From Vitrella brassicaformis CCMP3155 (lineage: Eukaryota > Protista > Chromerida), in the NCBI GenBank assembly GCA_001179505.1, contig CDMY01000850.1:62001-126000 (forward strand): a stretch of DNA of 64,000 nt, read 5' to 3'. Below the pieces are notes generated by a model. It saw nothing but the letters and a program-made list of their open reading frames with translations, was not told where the DNA came from and did no database searches. Position numbers and translations under genes: made by a program. The first letter of the stretch is position 1, and each line of letters begins with the position of its first letter. This document shows, in pieces, positions 36,445 to 48,408 of the stretch.

Positions 36445-38745
36445 TCAAACACTCCACGCCCTTCCGATCGGGCAGCAACACAGCCTGAGGCACACAACAT
36501 GCCATGGAGACATTGTTGGCTCCCATCCATCTCTTCGACGCACCTCAGTGGTGAATACGCATCCCGAGTCCCACTGGTTGGTCAAGGCGACGGAGTAGTC
36601 ATGGCCCTCCTGCAGCACTGACGTCCGGATCTCTAGCCGCACGGGAAACGTCACGCCACACGGGATCTTACACGGCAACACAGACTTGATCACCAGCTGC
36701 ATACAAAGACAGAGACAGGGTCCATGGCGCAACATCAGTGCAACAGTCTTGACGCCCTCATTACCTTTGTGATGGGTGTGAGTTCGCCGGGCGGTCTAAT
36801 TGGCTTGGTGAACAGCACGGCGCGCCTCTCCTGCCCCCTCTCCCCGCTCACCGCTACACCCGCAATCCACTTCTCAAAATCATCCCGCACAATCGGCGCC
36901 TTGCGATTGGACGACACCTCATGTGTCAGCAGGGAGCCCAGAGGCTGGCCTATCAGCCGCCTGCAGTACTCGTCGATGGCGTCCACCATGTGTGCGGGGG
37001 TAGGGTAGTCGTCGAAGCCGACCCATAGTGCGCCGAAAAGCTCGGATGAGACGCCATGCCGGACCTCCACCAGCACCTGATCGGGCCGCACTGTCCCTGT
37101 GGCAGTGCCTCTCTCGCCCCCTCCCCTTGACGCACTCTGGCTGGGAGAACAGCCAAGCGACCACACTGACGACGCCGGCGAGAATCTTCCTGACACAAAT
37201 CCGGCTCTCACACCAGCTGCGGCCCGCGCGTCGTGCGGCGATGGCGGCACGCTCGATGCAGGGGACGAGCGACACGCCGCCCCTGCCCCTCCCCCTCCCC
37301 CAGTGACGATGCCATCGGCCGGGTGGTTGTTGGGCAGCGATGCCGACTGCGTGTGGTACACGGCATGGGGGGACGAGTGGGGCGAGCTGCGAGACGAGAA
37401 ACCGCTGGCGGATCCGGGGGACAGAGGGCCACGGTAGTCCGTCTTGAGGCGCGCTGCACTCGGTCCTTTTGGCGGTCGTCCGAGGGCACTGGGCGTTGGG
37501 GGGCTCTGATGCGCGCCACCCGGGCGCTCATCAGTGCTGCGGCTGCGCCGGGTGGTCCTCTCGGGCGAGAGCGATCGAGAGATGCGGCGATGGGGCCGTG
37601 AATCGTGATGGTGGACGCGTGGGGGAGGGGGCGGCCTCGGCGGCGGCATATCAGCACCTCGTCTGCCCTCCTCTCTCGCCCGTCTCTGTGGTGGCGTGTG
37701 TGAGGGGCTGCTCGATGACTGCCTGCCCTGCGGAGGGGGCGAGGGGCTCCTGGGCGGGAGATACAGCTTCAATGGCGGCAGGTCCGTCCTCGGCTGAGCC
37801 CTGGATGCCCCACCCCCATAGTAGTGCCTCTGTCTCTTGGCCGCCTTGGACGACGTCCGACTGGTCGACTCCGATGTCCATCCACCGCCACTCCTCTTGC
37901 GCGGATGCGGCAGGGGGAGGCCGTCGTCAGACAGGACGGCGTCGAAGGAAGTGTCTCGACCGCCATTGATGCGGTGCCGTGGCTGGTGTTCGAGTGCATG
38001 GTCAGAGTGGTCGTCTGGCCATGCGTCGGGGTCGTCAAGTGCCGGAGGGGCTGAGGGGTTGCTGGGGTGGGAAAGGCGGAGGGGCGGCTCTTGGAGGGCA
38101 GGAGCAGGAGGGCGATCATCCACTGGGGGAAGCTGCTGAAGGGACATACAGAGAAAGACTGTATGTGGGAGAAACTGAGCCCCTTCATTCTTTTACCTAC
38201 CTGATGTGTGACGTGTCCGCGGCTTCTGAGCTCGGCGACGACGCCCTGAATGGCCGACGACGGCTCGCCCAGCTTCAGCAGCACCGCCGACAAGTGAATC
38301 CTGATGGTCCCAGGGTCGGCAAACCTGCACCTCTCGCCATCTCCATCCACACCAATCTCCCCCCTGCCGCTCTCCCTCTCGCCCCCGTGGATGCGTGTCT
38401 TCCCCTGGTCGAAAGCCCGCTGGCAGTCCTCCTCGAAGACGCACCGCTTCAGTGCCTTCATCAGCATCTCTCTCGCGCAGTGGAGGTAGAAAAGCCTTTG
38501 TGCCTGCCGCTTGGCCACCGACGCCCTCTGCGCATATGCGATGCCCTTGGATATGAGCCTGTCAACCGTCGGCGATGCCTCTGCAATACCACGCAATGCA
38601 GCGCAGTGCAGTGCAAGCATACACCACGACGCATGCAGACGGCTGATGGGCGCTTGGCTTTGCAATGGTGTGGTTTGTTACCGGAGTCTGGCGGTGATGG
38701 AGAAGGCTCCACGTGCCGCAAACATTGAGGGCAGACACTGCCCAT
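36445..38745 (-). CDS. Hypothetical protein: helical N-terminus, long Pro/Ser/Arg-rich linker, small folded C-terminal region; 3' end uncertain
   Basis: MGSVCPQCLRH..PDS|EASPTVDRLISKGIAYAQ..; 470-aa open frame at 36735-38147; last exon LVIKSVLPCKIPCGVTFPVRLEIR. Confidence 0.6.
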
Positions 38746-38922
38746 GATCTAACTATGGGTTAGAGCAAAGAAGATGGAGAAAACGTTGCATCAGGCGGGT
38801 ATATCTGGTGTACCGCAGCCCTTCTCGCCCTCTCCCATCCGTCGGTAGCCTCGCCCCTCTCACTCCTCCGCCGTCTCAATACCGCTAAATTTCCTGCCTG
38901 GCAAGTCAGTCACTCTACTAGC

Positions 38923-41900
38923 ATGTTGTCTGTCAAGCTGACGACCAGCGGACACGGCGGCCGAGCGCCTGAAGACGACGACATCGCCGACAGCCTCCGC
39001 TCCCTCGTCGCAGAGTTCACAGGTGCGACAAAGAGGACAAAAGACCTGAGGAGAGCGTCGGATCTCTCTGTGTGCTGGGTGCGCGTGTGTGTCTGCAGGC
39101 GTGTACGATGGCGGCGTGTCGTGCGAGAAGGTTGACGACATCTCCCACGAGATCCAGTGCTGCGACAACCAGACGACTGAAGACTTCTTCAACCGATTCA
39201 GCGCGTTTCAGCGGTTCTGCACCGATGTAAGGAATGGTGGTGGATGGCCGGAGCAGGCGTGACGTGACACACTCATCTCTCTGTGTGTCTGTGCGTGGTG
39301 TGGTTGCCATGGTTGGTGCAGCACGACCGCAATCTGTTCCTTGTGCGGGGATGCACCATTGCGGGTGTGAAGCTGATGCCGACGAGGGACCCCGGCGCGA
39401 GACCGTTCAACCTGGTGCCCGTCGACCACACACTCCTCACCGAAAAGACGGTCGGTTGGCCGATGGACGGGCGGATGGTGGATGTACCACTGTGTGTGTG
39501 TGTGTGTGTGTGTGATGTGTGTGCGTCATGTGTGTGTTGTGTTGTGTTGGTCAGATCCGCGGGAGCACGTCGTTCATATTCCGTTCTCTGCTTCGCGTGA
39601 TGCACATCTACCGCGACTCACCCACCGACTCGCGAGTCTACCTGTCCGGTGAGCCGCGCACCTGCACACACACACATATGATTCCCTGCACAAGGATGCT
39701 GTCTGTGGTTGTTGATGTCACCCGCGCGCAGGTGTGGATTTCATTCTGGAGCGTGTGTGGGACCCACTGCGACTCTTCAAGGAAGGTCGGCAACGCTGCA
39801 CGACCCACACACACACCACACACCACACACCACACACACGAAAGACGTATGTTGATGTGTGGTCTGTCATGTGTGTGTGAAGGCGACAAGGAAAAGTTGT
39901 TTGAGGTGTCGATCGTGCGCACCCAGGGCAGCCGTGCGGGCCGCACCGGACTCGCTGTCGTCACCGTCGAACCTGCTGACGAAATCGAAACACCGATGGT
40001 GCGCTGTTAACGACCGAATCACCCACATGTGGCCCGCCCGCCGATGTGTGTGTGTGTCCATTGCACCAGACCGCGATCAAGACGGCGTCGATGTGTGTGT
40101 ACGACCAGGCCAATAACCAGGTGCTCATGCTCAAGCGACACAACACAGGTACGGTGACGAGACGACACGCATCCAACTCACGCGCAGAAATGGGACCTTG
40201 CTGTGCTTGGGTGTGTGTGTGTGTGTGTAGATGTGGGTGCGGATTTGGCCTGGCGCATCAAGGCCTTCTGGGAGGCCAGACCCGGGGAGCGATCGTCGTG
40301 CGACAGACTACTGGTGAGGGAATCAGATCAGCCGAACCGATTCTCACACACGACACGCTCACAGCTTGCTCTCTTGTGCGCGTGTGTGTGTGTGATGTGA
40401 TATTGTCAGTCTCGCATTGACGTGACCAAGTTGTCTGATGAGGAGCTGCACCTGCTGTGCAACTTCGACCAATACACGTGTTTCAGAGTCTTCTTCGGTC
40501 GGTGTGTGTCACTCACACACAGGACACTTACAAGCCTTTTGCAGACGCTAGTGTGCGTCGTCGTGTGCACTGCAGGTGCGTTTATGTTCCGGGGCAGCCG
40601 CACCCCGCAGCACATCCACAGCGATGTCCTCAAGGAAGCCGCATTCATGCAGCTCGTGAGAATCGCCCCTCCCTCCCGGACAACACATTACACACATGCT
40701 ATCGAATTGATTGATATCTTCGGTCAGATTGTGCATTTTCGGCTGGAGCATGAGCGACGGCAGGCGGAAGGCATCAGAGTCGACCATGACACGTGCGCGA
40801 TAGGACCCACACATTCGGACATACGCAGGCTTGATGATGATCTCCGCTGTGTGTGTGTGTTGGTGCGTGTGACGACAGGTGGTGTCTGATGGGCGGCTCA
40901 CCCCGCACCAACTTCAGCCCGGTGACTGGCGAGTGGGTGCTCGAGACGCCCCTCGAGCGCGCCTGCACATCCGTCAGAGACGAGATCGGCGTCCACTGTA
41001 AGCTCCGATCCACCAACACGACACGCCATCACACAGAGGGGTGCACCCGTGTCTGACAAAAACATCGTCAGGTGGGTATTGGTGCGACATGAGTTCGGTG
41101 CACCTGATGCGGTGCCAGAGCCCGGCCGCCAACGGCCCCGAGAGCGACACCCACAGCGAGGCCTCTGCGGGCAGCACACGAGACACACCAACACACACCA
41201 TTCCCATCGACGATGGCGGCGTCGCCTATGTCGACGCACTGCGCCACGACGGCAAGTTCAAACACCGGTACGTTGCCTGCCATTTGTTATGTGCCGTCCG
41301 TGGTGGCCAGCAGCAGCAACAGACAAATGCTTGAATGATGTGTGTGAGTCGAGTCAAGGGAATTGTGTGTGTGTGTGTGTGTTGGTGTGTTTTGGTTGCT
41401 GCACTGTACTGCACTGCAGCATCTACGTCTGTTTCGTGAGTGAGGAGAACATGGCTGCCGGCATGGAGGACCCCAAGAGACTCCGACTCAAGGTGCGTGG
41501 CGTGGCGTGGGGGGACACAGACAGAGAAGAGTTGGATGGCATCGATGCCATCAACCGTGAGTGCAGGACACGTGTCATCATGATGTTGTTGTGCATGTGT
41601 GATTGTCGTGTCAGAATGAGAGCGAGCGCTGCTACGCCCGCTGGATACCCCTAGAGAAACTGTCGACATGCCTACGGTGAGCATGGCATGCTGGCAGCCA
41701 GGCCAGTCAATGCACACGACGATCCTTTCCGCACACTGAACATTTCCCTGTCTGTGTGTGCGCAGTCGCGGCGCCGAGTACAACCTGGCCGAGTGGATCA
41801 AAGACCTGTGCATGACCAGGTAGGCGCCGCAAACACGCACCACATGACATAAGATACACACGCGCCCGTGTGTCTGTCCTTCTCAGTTCGCCCATCCACA

Positions 41901-42439
41901 GCCGCCAGCCGCTGCTCATTCGCGGCAACATCCCCCTCAAGGACAAGAACCACCCCTCCCTCAACACCCGCAGGGACCGAGACAGAGACCTCAACAGCAG
42001 CAGCAGCAGCAGCACCGACAACCGACGCGGCAACAACAACCGCAGCAACCAGAACGGCATCACGATACGGCCTTCCAACACGACGCCGCTCGACACCATC
42101 GACAACTGGCGATCGGGCGGCGACAACCAGCAGCAGCAGCAGCAGTATGTCCCCAGGAAGAGCAACTCGATGGGTGTGGGTGTGGGTGTGGGGGACGGTC
42201 CGCTGCTGGGGCCGGGCCGAGAGGAGAGGGGGGGCGAGAGGGGCAATAACATGCGCAACATGGGCAATCGCACCAACGATGGTCAGTCAGCGATGCGATT
42301 CGTGTGCATGTGCTTGGATGGCGTGTGTGTGTGTATGGTATGGCATGCATCGATGGCATCAGGTCGTTCTGGCGGTTCTGGTGGGTCCAATCGCGCTCCT
42401 CGCGGCCGCGCTGACCAGAGCGACAACTGGAGGGCATGA
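38923..42439 (+). CDS. Hypothetical multi-exon protein with an Asn/Gly/Arg/Gln-rich C-terminal tail
   Basis: About 15 short non-repetitive exons with GT-AG borders (e.g. HDRNLFLVRGCTIAGVK; DLAWRIKAFWEARPG; WCLMGGSPRTNFSP); ends DQSDNWRA*. Confidence 0.6.
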
Positions 42440-43525
42440 ATTATCAACACAGCAACACAGCGAGGGAATGAGACAGACTAGACTGGTCCACATCACATAC
42501 TACTATATACCTTCTACTACTGAAGGGGCGGGAGGGGAGTGGGGTCACCCCGCCGGCTGGTTGGTGGAATTGGGAGAGAGGACAAGTCTTCCTTCGTACC
42601 TACCGTACACACCTATATATGGGGATGTGATGTATGTCTCTATCTACCCATTCATAAATACTCACATACATCTCCTGCTAGACTACGCTACGCAATGCTA
42701 TGCTATGTTTGGTGGTCAACGGTGCATACGGCGCCGTCTTTTCCGTTGTTGGCTGGTGCGGTCAGCCAGACAACGACATGTGTCGTGTCGATGTAGATCA
42801 TGTTACGACACACACACACACACACACAGAGAGAGAGAGAAAGATACAGAGTGAGAAGTGGACCACTTCATTATGGATACGCTCGTTCATTCATTCAGCG
42901 AGTGGGTGTCACGAGCGGGGAGGGGGGAGGGAGCGGAGCGCAGCAAGAACCAGCAATTATGGCATGGATGGAGGCAGGCCTGGGAGGCAATTGGCAGGTA
43001 TGGCTGCTGTGCTGTGGGTGAGTCAGTCAGTTCGCGTGTGTGGTGTTCGGATAAAACTGGCCGGATCCACGCGGACCGACGTACGTTACGTCACGAGCAG
43101 CCCGCCCATACAATACAATACAATACACCACAGATCGACAGCCACTGCTATGTAACCCCATATGACGGACAGACAGACATGTGCGTGCGGTGGGCGGGGC
43201 GGGGCGTGTGGTTTGGGTGACTGACTGCACTGGCACTATTCTACAGCTGCACGTCTTTATGTAGCCATCCATGTTCTATAGGCGAGAGAGAGAGAGGGAG
43301 AGAGAGGTGTGGGTAGGTGACGAGATGATGAGTTGCACCGCCGCAACAAACCTCCTTCAGGCATGTGGACTCACGCGCACTTGCGTGAGAAATGACGACG
43401 TGTCATTCGATGTAGAAACCATCTCAACTGCAGACAGCGCTAGCGCGCGCAAGCCTGCCGTTGACAAGTCATAACGGCCGATCGATGGCTGCGGGGTGCT
43501 GCGTGCAGGGATCCATCAGCAGAAG

Positions 43526-46274
43526 ATGCGGCTCGGTACTTTTGTAAGTCATGCTGGTCCGCTGCCCTTTCTGCTTCTCTTGCTTCTCTCTGACGTCGCC
43601 TCGGCACTCGACGAGAGAGAGATAGCCAGGCGCAACACGGACCAGCTGCTGCGGCTCTTCCCTCTCTACGGTGACGACGGCTACTACGATCACCTCGGCA
43701 ATGACACCACCAGCACCAGCTCGCGAGAATACGGCGATGGTCTGCAGGGAGTCAGGCGGCGACGAAGGCGGCTGGCGCCACTCGACAGCCTGCAGCAGAG
43801 GACGCACCTGCTCTACTCCCACCCTCTGCCAGGCTCCGAGCTTGTCAGCGCCTACACAACCATCGCTTGGCGCGTGGACCAAGCACTCAGGCAAGACAGC
43901 ATCTACAACAAGATGACTGTCGTGGGCGAAATCTCGGGCGGCCACCCTGACGGCGAGACCCTCTTGCTTAGCGACGGCAAGACGTTCATGTTTGTGCCGG
44001 CGGTGCCATTCCAGCCTGGCGAGAAGGTGACGCTCACGGTGGCTGCGGGCGTCTTGACGGCGGCTGGGCAGACCTTGCCTGAGGCGACGTGGAGCTTCCA
44101 CATGTCGCATCGCCCTCTTGACACGTACTTTACCAAGGTGGTGCCGCTTGGGATGCCAGACGGCGACAGGGCAGCCACGCCGCCCGATGTCAGGGAGACG
44201 ATTCGGGTAGCGCAGGAGGGGTCCCTGGTGAGGAGGGGCCCTCTAGGTACCCCTGACGACGTGACCCACCGAGCCCTCCAGGATGATGAGGGTGAGATTG
44301 AGATGGAGGACGAGACCGACGAGACCCCGCCTCCAGCCGCAGACACAGAGACGGCCGAAGAACAAGATGCCGAGGGCCAGAGCGGGTCGAGGGGGAGCAA
44401 CAGCAGCAGCAGCACCACCACCAAGCATCAATACGTCTTCCCCGACCACAGGTACCGCACCCTCCCTGTGGACTTCCCCCGAGGCACCCTCACCGTCCAC
44501 GGCGACATCGCCAAGCTGGCGTCGGGCTACATCTGGACGGCCCACCTGGTCAACGACAACTACCCCACGCTCGACGTGATAATCACCGACTTCGGCGACC
44601 CTGTCTACTACGGCGGCAAGCTGTCGTATTTTGCGCCGTCGGCGAATGGGAGCCAGTTCATCTCAAATCAGTACGGCGATGCGGCGGTGGTGGTCGGGGA
44701 GGACTATAAGGAGGTGGGCCAGTTCGGCGTGCAACATGGACTCAGTAAGCGACCGAGACAAAAAGACAGACAGACAGACACTCCATCGACGTGCGTGTCC
44801 GTTGGTTGATTGACTGACTGCAGCCCTTAACCAGCACGATCACATGATCCTGAAGAACGGCAATGTCATGCTCTTCATGTGAGTCTGCGACTCGATCGAC
44901 AGATACCCGCCGTGCCCACGATTGGTGCTGTGTGTGATAATGTCGATCAGCTACGACGCTCACCAGATCGACGCTACAAAGCTGCGGCCAGAGCTGGAGG
45001 GGGCGACCCAAACCACTTGGGCGGTGGGGCTCGTGCTGCAAGAAATCAACCCTGAAGGTGCGTATGCGGAGGGACGTGACATACACCTGGATGGAGGGAT
45101 GGACGGTCGGTTGTGTGTGGCAGGTCGGTGTGTGTTGGAGTGGCGGATGTGGGACCACATGCCCAACGCATGGCAGGACACAGACAACCCCGTGCGCTTC
45201 AACATTTGGGACATCGCACACGGCAACAGCGTCGACGAGATGCACAATGGCGACCTTCTCGTTTCCATGAGAGCCCTCAGCGAAGTACTCGCCATCGATC
45301 GGTAGGTAACCTCCACACCACACCGCACCACTGTGCACACACATGCACAACACACACAATTCACTCCTCTCTCCCTCACCTGGTCCTCTCAGCAACACGG
45401 GCGCTGTTCGGTGGCGGCTGGGCGGCAAGCGAAGCTCCTTCACCTTGGTGGGCGACACCAACCAGCACTTCACTGGCCAGCACGACGTGCGAGAGCTGGA
45501 CGAGAACGTCATCACCGTGTTCGACAACGCCGTCCGCACAGGCAACACGCACGCACGTGCGATGGACTACTCATTGGAGTTCGACAGTGACGGCACCCCG
45601 AGGGTTGCGCGTGTCAAGAGCACGTGGGACAGCGGGGTGCGCGCTTACGCCAAGGGGAGCTACCGACGGCTGGGAAATCGGAACAGGGCAGTGTGTCTGG
45701 GGTTCGACGTGGCCGACGAGTTTGACCCCAACGACCAGACCGTTCAAAAGGAAAACATGGTCGGCAACCCCTTCTATGTCGAGGTGAGGACGGTACGCAC
45801 ATCGGGCGGATGCTTTCACACATCTCCACCCTCTGTGTGTGTGTGTGTGTGTGTGTAACTCATGGGCAGACTGACCCCTCCGGCGTGTGGCTGATCAGCA
45901 TGAAGTGGCACGGCGCATCCCACGGCTACCGCAGCATCAAGGCGGGGTGGACGGGGCGGCCGTCATGGAAACCCGACGCCCTCCTCAACGCCGACAACCC
46001 GGCCAACACTCTCCGCTTCCACTTCAGCTGGAACGGGGCGACCGAGGTGGTCGAGTGGCGGGTGATGCGGGGCGTGAACCACGACGACATCAGCGAGTAT
46101 GTGGAGACCATCCCCCGGACGCAGTTTGAGCACTGGGTGGACATCAGCGACGAGGACGGCCGGCTGCGGTGTGTGCACTACCAGGCTGTGGCGGTGGGCA
46201 AGGATGGCAAGGACATGGCCTACTCCAATGTGGTGCCCTCCTGGGGATGCAGCGGCCAGGCAGGCCAGCAGTGA
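43526..46274 (+). CDS. Secreted arylsulfotransferase (ASST / Arylsulfotran_2-like) with an N-terminal Ig-like (Big_5-like) domain
   Basis: Signal MRLGT..FLLLLLLSDVASA. Ig-like FVPAVPFQPGEKVTLTVAAG..WSF. ASST motifs LEWRMWDH, DIAHGNSV, GDLLVSMR, WRLGGKRSSF, QHDVR, ITVFDN, HGYRSIK..WTGRP, SWNGATEVVEWRV. Confidence 0.88.
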
Positions 46275-48408
46275 TTGATTGATCGGACCGGCTGACGTGA
46301 CGATCCCAATGAATGAAGGAATTGATGAATGGGGGCAAGACAGGAAGGTGACTCTTTTTGCTTGCCCTGGCTGGGCTGGGCTGGCTCTTACTTATGTTTG
46401 CTCGCCTCGCGTGTGTGTCCATGTCATGTAGGAATCTATCTGCTTTTGCATTGCATTGCATTGCATTCATTGTGCTGTGCGTGGGGGTGTGGTGTCTGTC
46501 TGGTGTGTGCTGTGCGGGGTTGGGTTGGGTTGGGGGGCGTGTGTGTGGTGGTGTGTAAGGTATGTGTCTCTCTCGCCTCGCGTGTACTATTTATTTCGTA
46601 TCTATCGTATTCAGCCAGGTCTATCGTGTATATCGATCGCTGCAGACACACAGACAGACAGGCTTTGTTTGGTCGTGCGTGTATTCCTTGGCTGTGAATG
46701 TGCCGTTCCTGCCCCCTAGAAAGGTGGATCGGATCACAGCGTGTTTGTCTGTCTCCCATTTCTATGTATGTTTATGTGTGTCTGTCTCCGTGTATGGGTC
46801 CGTCTTCCCGCAGGTATGAAGTAACTGTCTATACTTGTATGTGGGTTTTCTGTCTGTATTTGTTGTCGGTCGACAGGACAGCATAGATATAGCATCGGCT
46901 GGCCTGGAGAGCGGGAGGGAGGGAGGGAGGGAGGGAGAGGGGGCCGGCTAGGCTAAGCCATCCTTTCGTATCTGTCTGTCGCCCTATCTATTTGTCGTCA
47001 GTCAGTCATTGAAAGATAGATACTATACACATTGGAGGGTATCCAGGCAGGGGGAGGCAGGCAAGGTCTGTGAATGATCATACTAACGAAGGTGCGGCGT
47101 CTCTCTGGATTAACCAACCCGCAAATTTTAGGTGTCTGTCTGTCTGTCTGTCTGTGTGTACCGTACGTAGCGTGTGTGGGATTGGATGAGAGAGGGGTGG
47201 GGGCCTTGTCGGTCGGCGGTTTTGTGTTAGTACGTCACAACGACGCGATGGCAGCAGAGAGGCAGACCTTTCATTCATTTTAGCCGCACTAATGTGCGTT
47301 TCGGTCGTGTCTGCTGCATGCTGGCTGAAGTCAAGGCGCTGCTGTGGGTGTGCGGTGTTTTCGCGGCCAGCAGGCAGAGTGACTGACTGACTTACTGGGT
47401 GGCCCGGGTGGGTAACAATGACTGACATCTGTCTGTCTGCAGTGTTACTGTATGTATGTATGAGTGTCTGTCTGAGGTGGCGTGGCGTGGCGTGTGTGTG
47501 TGTGTGTGGCTTGCATGAATGCAATGAATGCCTGCCTATTTAACATCCTATCTCAGTGTACATGACGCGTGGGATGGATGGACCACTCGATTCATCGACA
47601 TGTCGTTCAATCGGTGTGGTGTTTCTCTCTCATCTATCTCAAAACACACCAACTCAATCAACCACAGTAAGTAGAGCTCCTCTTTGTTCGTTGGTCTGCG
47701 CTGCGTTCACCTACACACAAAGAACGCCCCGCCCCCCATTGCAATGCATCCATCACAGAGAGACAGACACGATGGATAGATGGATGGATAAAGACAGCCA
47801 GCTGTTCACACGATCGACACAGTAGACTCACAGGCAGACACAGAAAGAAGCAGCACATAAATCAAAGACAAAAACCATCTCAGTCGGCCCCTAGGTGCTG
47901 CTATAGGACATTACATTCACTGTGTCTGCGTGTCACGCGTCGCAGACGCCGTATGCAATCAGGGAGGAGCGACCAGATGGCGGGATCGGATCCCCCTTGA
48001 TGCCGCAGGAGTCTGCAAGGCATGGCTCACATGACCATGACATGCGCATAATGGCGATCAATCACCTCACTCCCCACAACATCAACACACAGGCTCATTC
48101 TTACCAACAAATACTCCCTCCACTCTACACCCCCCCATCCCCATCCCCCAACTCTGACTGACATGTCTCTCAATCAGTCAACATAAACAATCTCATCTCA
48201 CCCGTCCAATCCAATCATCCACACACCCCTACCCCCTCCAAAAAGCTCACGTCGGCGCACGAACGGCAAAAAAGCGAAGGAGCCGCGCTCAGTGGGCCAA
48301 CCAGACAGCTGCATGACCTCTCACGTTGCCCACACAATACATGCCAATCTCACCCACAACCACAAACAACACAAAACCACGCGCCCGTCTGTATGTTGGC
48401 CACCCCAC

